A stretch of 64,000 nt of DNA from Octopus bimaculoides. Taxonomy: Eukaryota. Shown piece by piece: positions 11,901 to 26,759 of the stretch. The stretch is from contig NC_068986.1 in assembly GCF_001194135.2 (NCBI RefSeq), forward strand, positions 22,267,120 to 22,331,119, written 5' to 3'. Under the pieces are notes generated by a model that ran no database searches, was not told where the DNA came from, and saw only the letters and a program-made list of their open reading frames with translations. The translations under genes were made by a program, and so were the position numbers. Numbering within the stretch: the stretch's first letter is position 1; every line of letters begins with the position of its first letter.

Positions 11901-12449
11901 TGATGGTGAGTTACAACCGGTTAGTGCCAGACAAAATGTTTTGTAGTATTTAATTACGTCTCTTTATTTCCAGAGCTCAAGTCTGGTTGAGATCTATTTT
12001 GCATTCCATCTCTTTGGAAGTTGACAAAAAATATGTACCAGTCAATGAGTAAAGTCGATTTAATCCCCAAAATATGTAGCCTATGTAAGAATTACTATTA
12101 GCCTAACAACTACATTTTTTGTTTGCTTAGCTTATTTTCCTTCCCTTCAATCTTTAATCAGTACTTGTTTCCAAAACATCTCCCTGTTATTTACTTGGGA
12201 GAAAAAATATCGGCCCCCCGAAATTTTCTTCGGTTATTGAATTGCTTTAAAGCTATTTATTGACCATATATTACTTTCTGGGTCTATTTTGGATGTTTAC
12301 AACTGCTTGTATGTGATTTAAGCTAGGGATTTAACACATTCCATCTTTTATACAAAACAGCATTCACATATAATTGTTAAGAATATTAAGTTTATCTCTC
12401 CATTAAATACCAGCAGTTTAAAGCAATTATTTTCAGCCTCTTATAAAAT

Positions 12450-12456
12450 GTGTGTT

Positions 12457-12536
<80 letters not shown>

Positions 12537-12558
12537 CAAGTATTTATGTGTGTTTGTG

Positions 12559-12598
<40 letters not shown>

Positions 12599-13370
12599 TA
12601 TACATACACGTGTATGCATGTACATACAGACATATATATATATATAAACAAGAAGCTATCGCAGTACTTTCGTTTGTCATCATCATTGTTTCAATATTTG
12701 CTTTTTCATGCTTGCATGGGGCAGACGAAATTTGTTGAAGCAGATTTTCTGCAACCAGATCCCCTTCCTGTTGCTACCTCTCACCTGTATTCAAACAAAA
12801 TAATCATTTTCCTACAGCCAGACATTTTTCATGGAAGACGTCACTTAAGTGACTGACACTTGTGTTCACAACCATTCTATAATGTGAAGACAAGTGGGGA
12901 CACGTGTGTATACACGCACATACATATATATATGTAGGATGGGCTCCTTTGAGTTATATGTATCTATATATATATGTCTATATATCTATATATGTGTGTT
13001 CTATATATATATGTCTATATATCTATATATGTGTGTCATATATATATGTGTCTGTATATATATGTCTATATGTGTCTATATATATATGTGTCTGTATATA
13101 TATATGTCTATTTATATGTGTCTATATAAATATACGTGTCTATATATATATCTATATTTGTTTATATATCTATATGTGTCTATATATATATATCCATCTA
13201 TATGTATATATATATATATATACGTGTCTATATATATCTATATGTGTCTATATATATATCCATCTATATGTATATATACATATCTCTCTCTCTCTCATAT
13301 ATATAATATATGTATGTATATATACATACGTATGGCGTATATATAATACACCCACACACACTCACTCCTA
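12450..13370. repeat. (TA)n and cryptic TA/TG/TC microsatellites, with a minus-strand SINE remnant at about 12690-12870
   Basis: Direct inspection. Confidence 0.9.
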
Positions 13371-16261
13371 ATATATATTCAGTTCATTCTACAACTGTGA
13401 TCTCATCTATGTAGAGAGCATTCCATTGTAGCTAACTACATAATCTGTTACTGCTGTTGTTGACATAGCAAGATATCAACAATTTAAACCAAGTATGCGT
13501 GTATGTCAGAAACACATCTACCCACCAAATACCCATACTACTATTATCATCATCTTTGTCAGATAAATCTCTTTCAGACTTTTTTTTTTTTTTTTTTTTT
13601 TTTAAACCTCTTGAGCATTTATTTTTCCTGACTAACAGCTGGTTAAATTCTGAATTTTTTGATTGGTTGAAAATATAAATTCTTCTGCCTCTAGTAACAC
13701 ATTTTTACTCATTTTCTTTCTTTCCACCTCATATTACATTTTGAAGAGTTGTTATCTGTATTGTTGACCTGTGATCTTGCCTGTTATGTATTTATTGACT
13801 TTTTGGTACAATGTTTGCAAAAGGTTAGTAAAAAAAAAAATGACAAGAAAAAAAAAATGTTAAATAAATTGAAGAAGAAAATTTGAATTCTGTGTTTTCT
13901 GATGTATAATTTTGTTAATTTAATCTTTTGCTATAAAATCGATTGTTTGGATATGATTGTTACTGTAAATCTAAAAATCCTAAGTGTTTTCTAAAATAGA
14001 AAGCAGAAACGAATCAATTCCACAAATTTTGATTTTAAATGTCATTTTTCAGCAAGCAGTTATCAATATGCTAAGCTCCATCTTCACAAGTGCTGCTTTT
14101 TTTGTATAGCTGAGAGAGGGGAAAGGACAATGCCCATGAAGACTTCATTTATATATTTATTTTTGCAGCACCTCCTGGTGGGAAGGAAACAAGACTCATT
14201 TGTTGTAGTCAGAGTAGATTGTTGATCTGACAGAGTGGACATAGCTGATGATATTGAAGAGCAAGATGGTGTTAAGTTGATAGATTAAGTCTGTCATCCC
14301 AAAATAATTACAATTTGTTTTGGTGGGTTTCTGCATAGTTTCTATCCACCTATTTTTGCTTACAAGGCTTGGAATTGAACCAAGGCTATAGCAAAAAAAC
14401 ATTTTCCCAAAATGGTGTTCAATGAGATTGAAGTTGGAAAAGGAAATTCTTAATCATACAAATCTAACTGCATTCATACATTGGTTGGTTACTAATTCAT
14501 CCTTTAATTTTAAAACTTATCTTTCTAACTAAGTAACCACATCTGAACTACAGAAATTTATTTATACCCCTTCATTAAGTATTTATCTTTTGATTAAGCT
14601 GCTTATTTTATCCCATTTTAACACTAAAAATTAATTAGATCAGTTGACTAATTTTAAAGTGTAAAATCTATTTTAAGAATATAAAAATTGACTGAGTGAT
14701 TATATACCAAAACTAAGATTTTCTATTGTTTCCCTCTTTTTTTTTCTGTTGTCTTTGTTAAGCCCCACTGAAAATAACCATCAGTCATTTTTTTTAATAA
14801 ATTTAAGCTTTCACTAAATTAATTCATGTGTATACTCTGTAGCTGTTTTTGTTTTCAGAATTAACTGAAAGAGCTGGAGGTAATCATTGTCATAAATCTG
14901 TTTAGACTCTCAAGCTTTCTCTACCAACTTCCTGAAAATTAACACTAGTGTATAATCACCACGTGTGTGAGAGTCTTGTTTTCTAATAAGTAGTAAAGTG
15001 TGAAAAAAATGTTACTTTGAATTAATTGCCTCTTGAACTAGATATCTATGCTAATAATCTCTGCCACTCAAAGTAACTATATTTATTAGCACATCTATCT
15101 TTGGAAATATTTTATGAATGATGATACTGAAAATGAGGGTTTTGTCAAAGTTAAACTATAATTAACTTTAGAATAAATTAGTTTATTTTTATGCAGCAAA
15201 ATGCCCAGTTAAATGTTTCTGCTGCAAGACTAATAAAATGTTTTCATTACTAACATTTTAGCTTATTATACTTCAATAATTTAGGACTGTCTCTGATCTG
15301 ATATCAGTTATACCGTGTTTTATCATAAAATCTTGAAATTTCTAACATTTGGTACAAGGCCTCAACTTTATAAGAAAGGATTCTAGTTTTTGATTAGTAC
15401 TTATGTTATCAATTATGAGTCAGCAAGGAGCTTGTACATGATCACTTAATGAAAAGCCAACTTCAAGTCACACTACACTTTTAAACTAGGAAGAACAAAA
15501 TAGATAATGTTGATTGAGATATCCCAAAATGTAGGATGATCATAGCTGAAACACTTATGATCATAGACGTGGTTGATAAAAGCTAACTTGGGATTAAATG
15601 ACAACAATTCTAAAAGGATGAAAAAAAATTTTGATAACGGGAAGACTTGAATGTAAGTAAAGAAAGAAAACTTTATATTGCAAAGTATTTAGTCTGTGAA
15701 GCTAATATTCTGCCACCTAATTGCTGTATCATACCTCTATCAGGTTATTTGATCTGCAAGATAGAAATTCATTCTCTATCAACTAAAAAAAGATCACAAT
15801 GTTAGATGAATTGGACCTGAAGAAATGGAATGGTATTAGCTAGAGTGCCTTTTAATCTGGAGTCTTTTCTTTCAGGAACTAAATAACAAGTTTATATAGA
15901 AAGAAAACCTATTTTTGTTTTGTTTTTGTTGTTGTTTAAATTGGTTTAGTTTGTCAGAAAGGGCTGTGTACATAGCCTTCTGAGACTGATGCTGTTAATG
16001 TTTCACTAGGACTGCTGTAAGTCAATGACTATAAAAACAAAAAAAAAAAAATGAATAGGGAGGAAATTCCAGAAGGGCAGCATTCTTCAGTTGATGGATT
16101 AGATGTAGTGATTAGTGTAGGACCTGACTGGATGAACACAATTTTGGTGAAGAGTGAATTAAGGAGAACTTGAGCAGAGCAGAAGCCATTGCAGTGGTAT
16201 CAGATTAGAGAATGAGCAAAGAAAAATGTGAGGAGAAAATATAAAATATAATACAGACATC

Positions 16262-16580
16262 GGCATAGCTGTGTGATTAAAAAGCTTGCTTTGCAACCAG
16301 TCTCTTTGCATGGTACCGTGACCTCTACTTTGGACCCAAGCTCACTTGCAAGTGAATTTGGTAGATGGAAACTGTGGACGTCTGTCGTATGTATATATAT
16401 ATGTCTGTTTGACACCCCCACCACTTGACAACTGGTGTTGGTTTGTTTACACCTCTGTAACTTTGTGGTTTAACAAAAAAGACCAATAGAATAAAAGACT
16501 TAAAAAATAAGTGCCAGGGTCAATTTGATTAAACTCTTCAAGGTTGTGCCCCAGCATGGCCACAATCCTATGACAAACAA
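16262..16580 (+). mobile_element. Degraded OR-like CORE-SINE
   Basis: Head GCTGTGTGATTAAAAAGCTTGC; tail AAGGTTGTGCCCCAGCATGGCCACA; similar to 50439-50830. Confidence 0.7.
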
Positions 16581-17853
16581 GTATAAAAAAAAAAAAAATT
16601 ATGTGATTCTTGGTTTTATTTTTTAATTTTTTTTATCAAAGTACAAACGGATTTTCTTTAGAGATGAAGCATGGAAGACTTGATTGATACACTATTGAAA
16701 GAATGGAAAACAAATGATCCTTGCAAGACTCAAAAACATTTATTTAATTCCAATAGTCTAACAATTTCATATAGTTCTGAGTTAAATCCCAGCTGTACAG
16801 AATCTTGGGCAAGTGTCTTCTACTTTGGGTCCAGGGTAACTTCTGTCTTGTAAGTGAAATTTGATAGGCAGACCATGCAGAAACTCTTCATGTACATGTG
16901 TCTCTGTCAATATTTACACTGCATAATTAGCGCTTGTCTTATGCTTTTTTTTCAGTTTTTTTTTTATGCTCAATGTCTTAACAGTGCAACCAAATAAGTG
17001 CGTATCCTAGAATGATATGATCAATGAAATCCTCAAAAGTAGTACTCCAACATGGTTGCTGTCTATTGACTGATACGAAGATTAGATGAAGGTTGTTGGT
17101 TCAATGAAAAAGACTATCAGAATTGATGGTAACATGTGTTAAGATTGTGGTTTTGTTATTCATATCCTGCATGGGTTTTTTACATGCTGGGATGGGTAAT
17201 AAAAAACAAAAATTGGATCAAGCAGTGAAGAAGGTGTGACTAGGCCATGAGATGCCAAACAGACTAATTGATTAAGGTAACAACTGTAGGGTGATTCACA
17301 ATTTTATACTGAAAAACTGCCAAAACAGTCTGGAAGCAACAACTCTAGGATTCTCTGCTGTCCAGAAGATATGCCTCTCACTAATTTAATGATATGTAAT
17401 GTTGGATTAATTCCAACATTACGAAGTTAATATGGTTTAGAAATTGTTTTCTTGTTTTACATTATTTTTTGTTTTTGTTTTTTCTTTCTCTGAATGGGGG
17501 TGTTTGAGCAATTATTTCTGTAACTAAATGGCATTATTGTTACTAACCAATAAATCACCAAGCAAGAATGGGATCTAATATCTGCCAGGTAAATGGAGGC
17601 AAGCAAACATGTACCTTACCTTAAAAAAGGAAGAACACATTGGATAATTTAGTCATAGATGTACAATGTCTGGATAAAAGACAAAATAGTCACAACTATA
17701 ATAAATATAGCTGCTTTGTTTTTTTTTTATGTATAGCATCAGCTCAGGCTTGATTGAGCAGACCTATGAGCATAGGTGTAGTAGCTGTGACAATTTTGTA
17801 CGGTGTGTCAAGAACTCATCATCAATGTCATCATCATCTTTTAATGTTCGCCT

Positions 17854-18181
17854 TCAGTGGTTAGGGCAGTGGGCTCACGGTCATAGGATCACAGTTTTGA
17901 TTCCCAGATCAGGCATTGTGAGTGTTTATTGAGTGAAAACACCTAAAGCTCCACGAGGCTCTGGCAGGGGGAGGTGGTGAACCCTGCTGTATTCTTTCAC
18001 AACAACTTTCTCTCACTCTTCCTGTTTCTGTTGTGCCTGTATTTCAAAGGGCTAGCCTTGTCACACTGTGTCACACTGAATATTCCCGAGAACTACGTTA
18101 AGGGTACACATGTCTGTAAAGTGCTCAGCCACTTGCATGTTAATTTCATGAGCAGGCTGTTGTCGTAACTGATGGAGTGCC
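17854..18181 (+). mobile_element. OK-like tRNA SINE, older copy
   Basis: Colinear with the reverse complement of 2365-2738. Confidence 0.8.
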
Positions 18182-18946
18182 ACAATGTTGGTATGGGTTG
18201 GACAGTTTTACAGGAGCTTGCATCAGACTTCTGTGTTTGTTTTTGCATGGTTTTTACACAGCTGGATGCCCTTCACAGCACCAACCACCCAGCAGAGTGA
18301 TCAAATGTGTCTTTTGTTTTTCTAAAAGAGTAGGGTGTGATTTGAGTGCCCACATAAGAAGCTCTTTCATTGTCTCATGTACTAAGTGTTGAACAATGTA
18401 ATCGATAGTCCAACATCTTGATCTCTAGGCATAAAATATTGAAATTAAGAATAAATGTTTACACATTTTTGCTTAAACTGTAGTCACAAAGACTATAACT
18501 CCAATAACAAATTGTTAAAAGATTCAGTTGTTATACTCTAAAGCTTATGAATAATGGTTGAAGATGTTTCAATTTTTGTTCAAATTTTAGATTATTTCTC
18601 ATTCTTTTTATTTTTCAATAAGACACAAAATTATGAAGTGTTCAACATATTTCAGCTGATATTGCTTACATCTGTTAAAATATGAATGTTCTTCATGTTA
18701 TCACACCCACCAGTATCTATTTATTAGTGAATGAGAGCAGTTGAGAGTTAAAAGTCTTGACTATGGATACATGACAGTAACTATGATAGGTTATGAACTA
18801 TACTTGTCAGCTAATAAATTGGTAGACTACAAGGAAACTAGTGAGGTTCTGCATTGGCAAAAAGTAATACAGATAGTTCAAACTGTGGAATAAATTTTAT
18901 ACTGTCAAGGGGAAGAGATGTCTAACATTTCATGCAAAACCATTTA

Positions 18947-20035
18947 CAAGGGGTGTTCATTAAAGATTTCACCTGACCCACTTCTCAAGGACTGGGATAA
19001 ACAAAACTTGGCATAATTATTAGTCCTCTACATAGCCACCACCAATGATGACACACTTCTCCGATGAGCTGTAAAGACCTCATCTGTAGAAGTCGGTAGG
19101 TTGTGTCTAGAGCCACTACTTTACCTCAGAAATAGGTCCATCATCTGAAAAGTGCTTCCCCTTCAAAAAAGACTTCATGGTTGGAAAGAGGAGGAAGTCA
19201 GATGGTGCAAGGTTGGGTGAGTAAAGATTTCATAGCCGCAGGAGTGTGCTTTCATCTGGGCAACATGCACATTGTGAACTTCAGTGTTGACTTGGAGGAG
19301 GCAGACTCCTTTAGTCAGCATGCCACACCTCTCTGCTTTGATGGCGTCCTGTAATTTCCTCAGCAGAGAAGCATAATATGCCCCTTTAATTGTGGTGCCC
19401 TTTACCAGAAAATCCATTATCACTACTCCGCTCTGTTCTCAAAAGACTGAGCATCACCTTGTCTGCTGAGGGTTGGGAGCAATTGACTCATTCCTTCTTC
19501 TGAAAATGTGCAAGCATTCAGGGTATCCATCGTGTAGACAACGTCTGCATGTGCAAATGGTCATGAATGGGTTTTTTTCCCGGTGCCTACATTTATCTTC
19601 ACTTTTGGGCTAGTTGCCAAATAATTATGCAGCAATCCTTGAAAATAGCAGCTTCCCATTTATGGATGGTGTCGTCATCAATGGCAGAATCTGGGCATCC
19701 AAGAATAGGAGCAATTTCCATTGATGTCCGACCACATTTGAACTGGCTATGCCAGTGCTTGACTACATTGTCACTGTAAACTTCTTTTATCTCATCAAAA
19801 GTCTCTTCTGGTGTATGATCTTTCAAGTATAAGAACCTGATCACTGATCTGCAGTCAACTGCCTCCATTATAACACCTTAGTCTACTTTAGCAGCTGTAA
19901 AAGACAAACGAATACTAGTGGAAAGCTACAATTTACAATGTGACATGTAGAGACATGTATGATTATACCTGTACAAGTTCTATTTCCTGCAATAACTGGA
20001 AGTGAGTCAGGGGAAACTTTAATGAATACCCCTTG
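18947..20035 (-). mobile_element. Degenerate mariner transposon with TIRs
   Basis: TIR CAAGGGGTGTTCATTAAAGATTTC after TA at 18945; reverse-complement match GAAACTTTAATGAATACCCCTTG ending at 20035. Transposase remnants MEAVDCRSVIRFLYLK... (19599-19868) and TIKGAYYASLLRKLQDAIK...GVCLLQVN (19175-19423), with frameshifts. Confidence 0.85.
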
Positions 20036-21974
20036 TCTTAGATCGCCTATAATCTCACAGTTATCCATGGGTGAAGTAGCTTACCTAATTGATTGAGTGC
20101 TGTTCTGCTGGTTGAAGAATATCAACAACTGTTGTCTTGCTGGCAATGATATTGAAAAATACATCTACCACTAATTAAGTCAAAGAAGCAGACTTCTATG
20201 TAGACATTCATCCTGCTAGAAATGGCAGCATAAATTTCTGAAAATCACAGACTACTATCATCAAAAAAAATGAACCACATTGGACAATGAACTCCTAAAT
20301 GCAATGTCTGAATCAAAAATGGGATGGTCAAGGCTGGAAAGCTTTTGGTCATAGGTCTTTTCAGTCAGAGCTGACATGGGTTAAACAACAGTTCTCTGAT
20401 ATAGCCCCACAATTAAAATAAAGCAACTGTTCCTGTATGCTGGGGTTATCTTGAAAGCTGGCACCTGGGTCTAGTTTCATATCATTAAGTTGATGAGAGA
20501 TACATCTCTCTCTGGATAGGATACCAGTCTACAACATGTAACTTAGCCTTGTGGTTAGGTACTTCCGCCTAGCAGCAAAAAGAAGTGAGATAATGGAAAA
20601 TAAAATGTGTCCTGCTTCAAAGCAAAATTGCTTTCAGTGTATTTGAAAATCACTCAGCTATCTCCTCTCTATATAAGCAGCAAGTTTAATTCACTTGCAA
20701 TTTTGAGCTGAAATTCTTCCTGGAATGTCGTAAGAGAAAGGTTTTGTGCAGAATCCTTCAGAGAGAGATGTGGGGGAGGGGGGATGAGAGTGCTTACTTG
20801 TGATGCAGGATAAAAATTTATTCCACTTCTTAAACACTTTGTATTATCAGTTACCAATGCAAAACACCACTAGTTCTATCAGATTTTATTGTTTTACTGC
20901 ATTAGAGCTGCTTATTCAGAGGTAGTGATGATATTTTCAAGCTCGCAATGCTTTGCTGAAATCTCACAAGTTTGTGGGGAGAAAATATTTTGAAAATGGG
21001 ATAAACTCCTACAAAATGTGACTCCAGGTTAACCATCAGTCACTAAAAAGTGGATGATGATGCTTTAATAGAATAGTAATCAGCTTTGGGGATCAAATCA
21101 TTAAAACATGGATTTTTACATCAAATTAAACATTTAACTATCTAGGACCATGACCTATATTTTAACACAGTTTTCAGCAGTTATTCCTCACTTGTATCTG
21201 AGTATTTCATTTCCTTTTTTTCATTTATTGTCTTAATTTTTCTGATGATTGAGAAAACTGATTCTTACATGAAACATGTGTTCACACAAGTTAAACTTGA
21301 CAGGATTGGGGCCGACGGATTTTTCATCTTTGTCATTTGTCCTCTTCATTTCCCTAACACTTATCAAACAGTTCTGCCAACAGTCAAGATGGTTTCATAC
21401 AAGAGTTCATGATCTGCTGCTTCTTTTTAGGTTTTCAGATTGGTGCTGGTCTTCTACTTCGTAATCTGTTTGCATTAGACTTTGTAATGTTACAGAGAGT
21501 AACTGCAGAGTTTTTTGTCAGTGCCGAGTTTGTCATAAAGGATCTAATGGAGAAGTTTGGTTCTTTGGCATCCATGGCTTGCCCAACTGCTCTGATATTT
21601 GATGGTGGCTTCAATGCTGTTGGTTTGAGCTTTCTCAGAAACTGCAATGTTGGTGACATTGTCCTCTTATTTAGCGTTCACTGTTGATCAGAGCTTCATC
21701 TGGTCGACATGGTTGTGTTTTAACCTAAATATAATGCAAATATAATTCTAAAATTTTATTCTATATAAAAATATTGTTTCATATATAGGCATGTTAGCTA
21801 TGTATGGAAGTTTAGGGAGAAGAGGAAAAGGAAAGTTGTGATATTTCCAGTATTCTAAAGGTTATAAGCATTATGAATCAAAAGTTACTTGTGAACTCAG
21901 CTATCTGGAATCTTACCTCTTGTGTTTTATAGATCAAGCTATGTTACTTAGCCTCTTCCTGTACTCTTATTTGT

Positions 21975-22292
21975 GAAGGTGTATGACTTAGTGGCTTGGG
22001 CTTTTGGTTCACAATCATAAGGTTGTGAGTTTGATTCCTGGGAGTGTTTTGTGTCCTTGAGCAAGACACTTTATTTCAAATTGCTCCAGTTCACTCACCT
22101 GGAAAAATTGAGTTGTACTTGTAATTGAAAAGGCCAGCTTTGTCATGCTCCATACATAATCTCCTCAAGAAATACATTAAGGATACGTGTGCTTATGGAT
22201 ACTCAGCTACTTGCACATTAATTTCATGAATAGGTTGTTCCATTGATCAAATCAACTGGAACACTTGTTGCATGTAACCAGTGGAGTGCCAG
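21975..22292 (+). mobile_element. Degraded OK-like SINE
   Basis: tRNA-like head and 3' GATCAACTGGAAC...GGAGTGCCA similar to 2365-2738. Confidence 0.65.
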
Positions 22293-22313
22293 TAAAAAAA
22301 CATTCTTATTTAA

Positions 22314-22519
22314 TCTTTTTGTGACCATATTTCTGTTGAAATACACAGCTTTTGTTTCAATAAAGAGTTTGGTAAAATAATTTTATTAGAATAAACCTGG
22401 TGTTTGCAGTATAAATTAGTATGAAATTTTGTTGGAAAAGTTTTAATAAGATCATTTTACAACAGGGATGTTGTATTACAGAACCAGGGTCAGTTTCAGG
22501 TGGGTTGATATCAAAAGGG
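22314..22519. mobile_element. piggyBac-type MITE, degraded
   Basis: TTAA at 22310, end ...GATATCAAAAGGG; internally similar to 41211-41432. Confidence 0.55.
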
Positions 22520-24289
22520 TTGATAAATGATTTTTATATCACAGGTCAGGCAGATAAGATTCTAGAGTCATTGTTTTTGTTTTTGATATTTATTTCATTT
22601 CCAAATTCACACAAGTATGAAGATACATCCTAGTAATTAATATCTTAATTCTCTTTTTTTTCTGCATAGGTTAAGTTTCACTTCATTAAAGATACTAGTA
22701 GAAAGAGAGAGACACTAAATAACAGAAAACCTTAGTTGTAGTAGGCTAAAACTCTCTGTTCCTTTTTTTTTTTTTTAATATTTTCTCTTTGTTTTTTGCT
22801 CTAGATTCTTACATCCCATTTACTTGGCTATACTAATATATTTTCAAGGTCATTTATTCATAACAAGTTCACTTCTGTTTGGTATCATTACAATTAAAAC
22901 AAGATTATACTGTGAGCACTGTTAAGATCTTGATTTCACAATCCTGCAACTTGGGTTTCAATTCTTGCTTTAGTAAAATTTCATTTTGCTCATAGTGCTA
23001 TTGTAGTTGTTCTTTTGCTCCAGTTCAGCCTTGATTCAGTGGATATTATGACCAGTCATGACTATCCCATCTTTTTGTATGTCAGGGATTACATTATTCA
23101 ACATCTCATTCCTGTTAAGATATTAAAGATGTGATTTTGAGGAACATTTGTCTGCTATTTCTAGCAGGTTGAGCAGCGGCTTAGTGACTGTATCTCTTGC
23201 TTGAATTTTGAGAAAAACATGATCATCATATAATTTAGTTTTTCTTCTTTTCTGAATGGGATACATTCTGAATTTAGGAATCACTATAAAAATCTAACCC
23301 CACCCTACCAAAATATATATATATATATTTGTGTGTGTGTATGTGTGCATGTATACTCAACCAGATGCCACACAGTTTATGTCTTACAAATTCTCTCACA
23401 AAGCATTGGCTGACCCAGAGCTGTAGTAGATGACACTTACCCAAGGTGCCATGGCATGGGACTGAACCAGAAACCAGATAGCTGCAAAGTGAGCTTCATA
23501 ACCACACAGCCATGCCTGCACCCTCATGGCTATGCTTTTATCTACACAGTCATGCCTGCTGATTCCTTTTTAAAACAATGTACCTAGCACTGTATTAGCC
23601 AGTTTGTCCTTCCGTTTGTATGAGAGTAGGATATGGTTTTCAGAAGACTTAATTACTATTTCTTGCAGGTTGAATGAATGATCTATAGACTTGCTCCATC
23701 AGTGGTTTAAGTGATATAGTGGGGGAAAAAATCCATAAGATTCCTCCACCCACAGCTACAAAGCATTGCAGTACGTATCACTGATTTTGTGTGCTAGTTA
23801 TTAACCTATAAAATATTTAGTACAAAAAAAGATTACTCAGTTCTAGTACAAATCTTCTAAGTATCCACATGTAGAAAACCTGTTCTAAATTTACATAGAA
23901 TTTACATTCTGCATCATATGATACTTGGATGTACAAACTGGGAGTTGGTGGAGGATAAGAAACATATGTGAAAATTTATAAGTGCATATGTATAAACATA
24001 TGTAACCATATACATAGCTGAGAGTTTTTACAGAAACACATACACTCTCTCACACACATGTATACACATAAACACATACACACACACACATTATATAGGA
24101 TGTTACAATAATGGCATTTTGATTGAATTTATATATTAAGTTATAAGTTTCAAAACAGGTTACTTCTTTTGCACCCCATCAATGAAGAAAATATAGCATA
24201 TATATGATATCATCATCATCATCATAGTTTAACGTTTGCTTTCCATGCTGGCATGGGTTGGACGGATTGACTGAGGGCTGGCAAGCCAG

Positions 24290-24610
24290 AAGCAAAAAAT
24301 TATCTGCACTTTTGCCATTACGTAGCTTTATTATTGTCACACTGTCTTCTGCACATGCATGCTTATAGTTGGTGCTATTGTGGTTACATCAAAGTTTGAG
24401 CCTGATCGTGCCATTTTTCTGGTAATGTGCACCAAAGAAGAACAAAGAGCAGTGGTTGAATTTTATGGCATTGTGAACTGAAGAAATTTTCATCACTACA
24501 TGTGGTTGAAAATTCTGATAGATGAAGTCAGCAACTTTCATAGGAGATTCTCATCTTAGACACAATTGAAGGTTTTGCTGAGAAGAAAACAGAAGTGTGT
24601 GTTGTATAAG
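24290..24610 (+). mobile_element. mariner 5' remnant
   Basis: ATG at 24425 gives MCTKEEQRAVVEF, resembling the mariner N-terminal EQRAVIxF motif. Confidence 0.5.
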
Positions 24611-24899
24611 AATAAGTCATTGATTGATCTAGCTCTACAGAAATCATTGTGACAGTCACTAAGAAAACAAAGTGTTTTAAGATAACCAAGGAGGTGGTTG
24701 TCTTCAACTATTTTCTTTATCATTCTCTGTCTAGAGGTAGCTTCTCAAATCCATGAAAACATGTGGCAGTTTGGTGCTCTTCCAAGAATGACTATATTTC
24801 TAACCATGCACCTACTTTCTTACTGTTTTTACTTCTAACTTTCAAAGTTGTTGTTACATATGGCGTTGCTCATACTTCTAATTTACATTTGATATTCAA

Positions 24900-25220
24900 C
24901 TGACATGCTTCACTAGCTTTGTGGATTATTCCAAAGAAAAATCCTTTGTTTCTTGTGTCCTCTACTCCTTGGTACCTGCTGGTCTCACGCTGCCTCTACT
25001 CAAGTACACCCAACTCATCCATCTCTCCTTTCATCACCCATATTATGTCAATGCTCCACAAAGATTCACATTAACCTCTATGCTCAGTCCATCTTCTCCA
25101 GAACATTATCCTTCTTGAATTCCCTCTCTGCACATATTTTACATGCAGCAAAAAAAAAACAAAAACGCTTGCAACTCTTCAGGAAGAACATTAACTGTGT
25201 TAATCTCACTGGTCCTCAAC
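24900..25220 (+). mobile_element. CR1/L2-group LINE 3' fragment
   Basis: Frames give HHPYYVNAP and INLYAQSIFSRTLSFLNSLSAH...LQLFRKNINCV, matching the LINE C-terminal FFPRT..LWNSLP...LQ.FK motif. Confidence 0.65.
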
Positions 25221-25451
25221 CCAAGGAGGCCAACGCTACATTTTCTTCCTCAAAACTAATCAAGAAAAAAAAAAAGCAAACAGAAAGCACAACAAAATCC
25301 AGATATTGTGTACATTAAAGTCCCCAAGAACGATGATTTTTACAAAAGAAGTTACAACAAACAAACAACTGATAGTATTTTGAGACTGATTGAACCAATG
25401 GTGTCATTGATTATTGTGTATAGGTGGCTTATAGGTGATTGTGCATAAGTG

Positions 25452-25877
25452 CAGGCCTGGATTAAGACTCATAGAAATCCTAAGCACTTAAAAGATTTTG
25501 GTGCCCCACCATATATATCTGCAATTCAAAACATAAACAATAATAAACCATGAAATAAACTTTTATTTTACAAAATGAAACAAAACTAACAAAACTAAGA
25601 TGGAAAATAATGTTTATTTTTGTGTACTTCACTTTATTTATATTTGAAAAGTTTTCACCTACTTTTTTTTTATTTGCAAAGTCTTTGATCAGTTCCTCAC
25701 CATAAACACTTCAAAATTATATTTCTGATCATATAAACCACTTTGAATATTATTTTAGCAAGCTTAAAGTGATTTCTTTTGTGCTGTAAACCATCTACCA
25801 TTGACCCCCATTGACCCCCGCTTTCCCTTGATGTCCTAAACACATGCTTATTTTGCTTAATGATTAATCCAGCACTG
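25452..25877. mobile_element. hAT-type MITE
   Basis: Imperfect TIR CAGGCCTGGATTAA / TTAATCCAGCACTG; 8-bp flanks CATAAGTG and CATGAGTG (7/8 match). Confidence 0.7.
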
Positions 25878-26153
25878 CATGAGTGATAGGGGCTGTGAGT
25901 GTTAGTTAGAATGTGCTACTGCAATAAATTATACCCTTTGCATGTGGTTTTTCATTTTAAGTATATTTGTTTTATATTATTAGTAAGTTGTGGGTGGTGG
26001 ATTCTGTGCAACCTGTGTTGAAGTATGTGAAGTGTGTTGTTTTGTGGAATGAAATGATTGGGCACAGCTTGTATGGATGCTGATGGTTTGATGTGGCTGA
26101 CTGGACATTCAATCTGTTTTGGTTGAATGTCACGCAAACACACGTGTGCACGC

Positions 26154-26198
<45 letters not shown>

Positions 26199-26759
26199 TA
26201 TGTAGAAATATATACATATAAACAGAAAGAATGAGAGAGGAGAGAGAGAGAGAGAAAGAGGGTAGAGAGGGGGGAAAGTAGGAAAGAGAAATGGCGAGAG
26301 AGGTGGAAAAAAAGAGGGAAAGACAGAGAGTGGGCGATCGAGGGGAGAAGGAGAGAAGAGAGGGAAAAAGAAGGAGGAAGAGAGGCATTATGATTATGAT
26401 TGAACACAATTGACATAAATACTTTCCTCATACAAATGTGCTCAAACGCATAAACAGAGAGAGAGAGAGAAGGGGTGGAGGGAGGAAGGGAACAAGGAAA
26501 TATTAGAAAAGAACCGTCGAAATGTCTGCTGTCAAGTGAGTCAACGATGAAACAGTGACACCAAATACATGACGCAAAATGGCTCTGCCAAAACGTCACA
26601 CACATGTGGTTTCGTATTCCATGTTGTTTATTATGGTTTGTCACAAAGTGATCGGAGTTGGGCTACAAACAAAAACTAGTGTCACTCATGATAGATCGTT
26701 TGTCTTCCTGTTGGTCAAATGCAATGGCTGCAAGTGTTCTGTAGTCTCTAATTGATTGC

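Noticed and set aside
14169-14285. VVVRVDC-TGA-SDRVD: selenoprotein-like Cys-Sec
   Set aside because: Short frame, no SECIS identified, no supporting exons.
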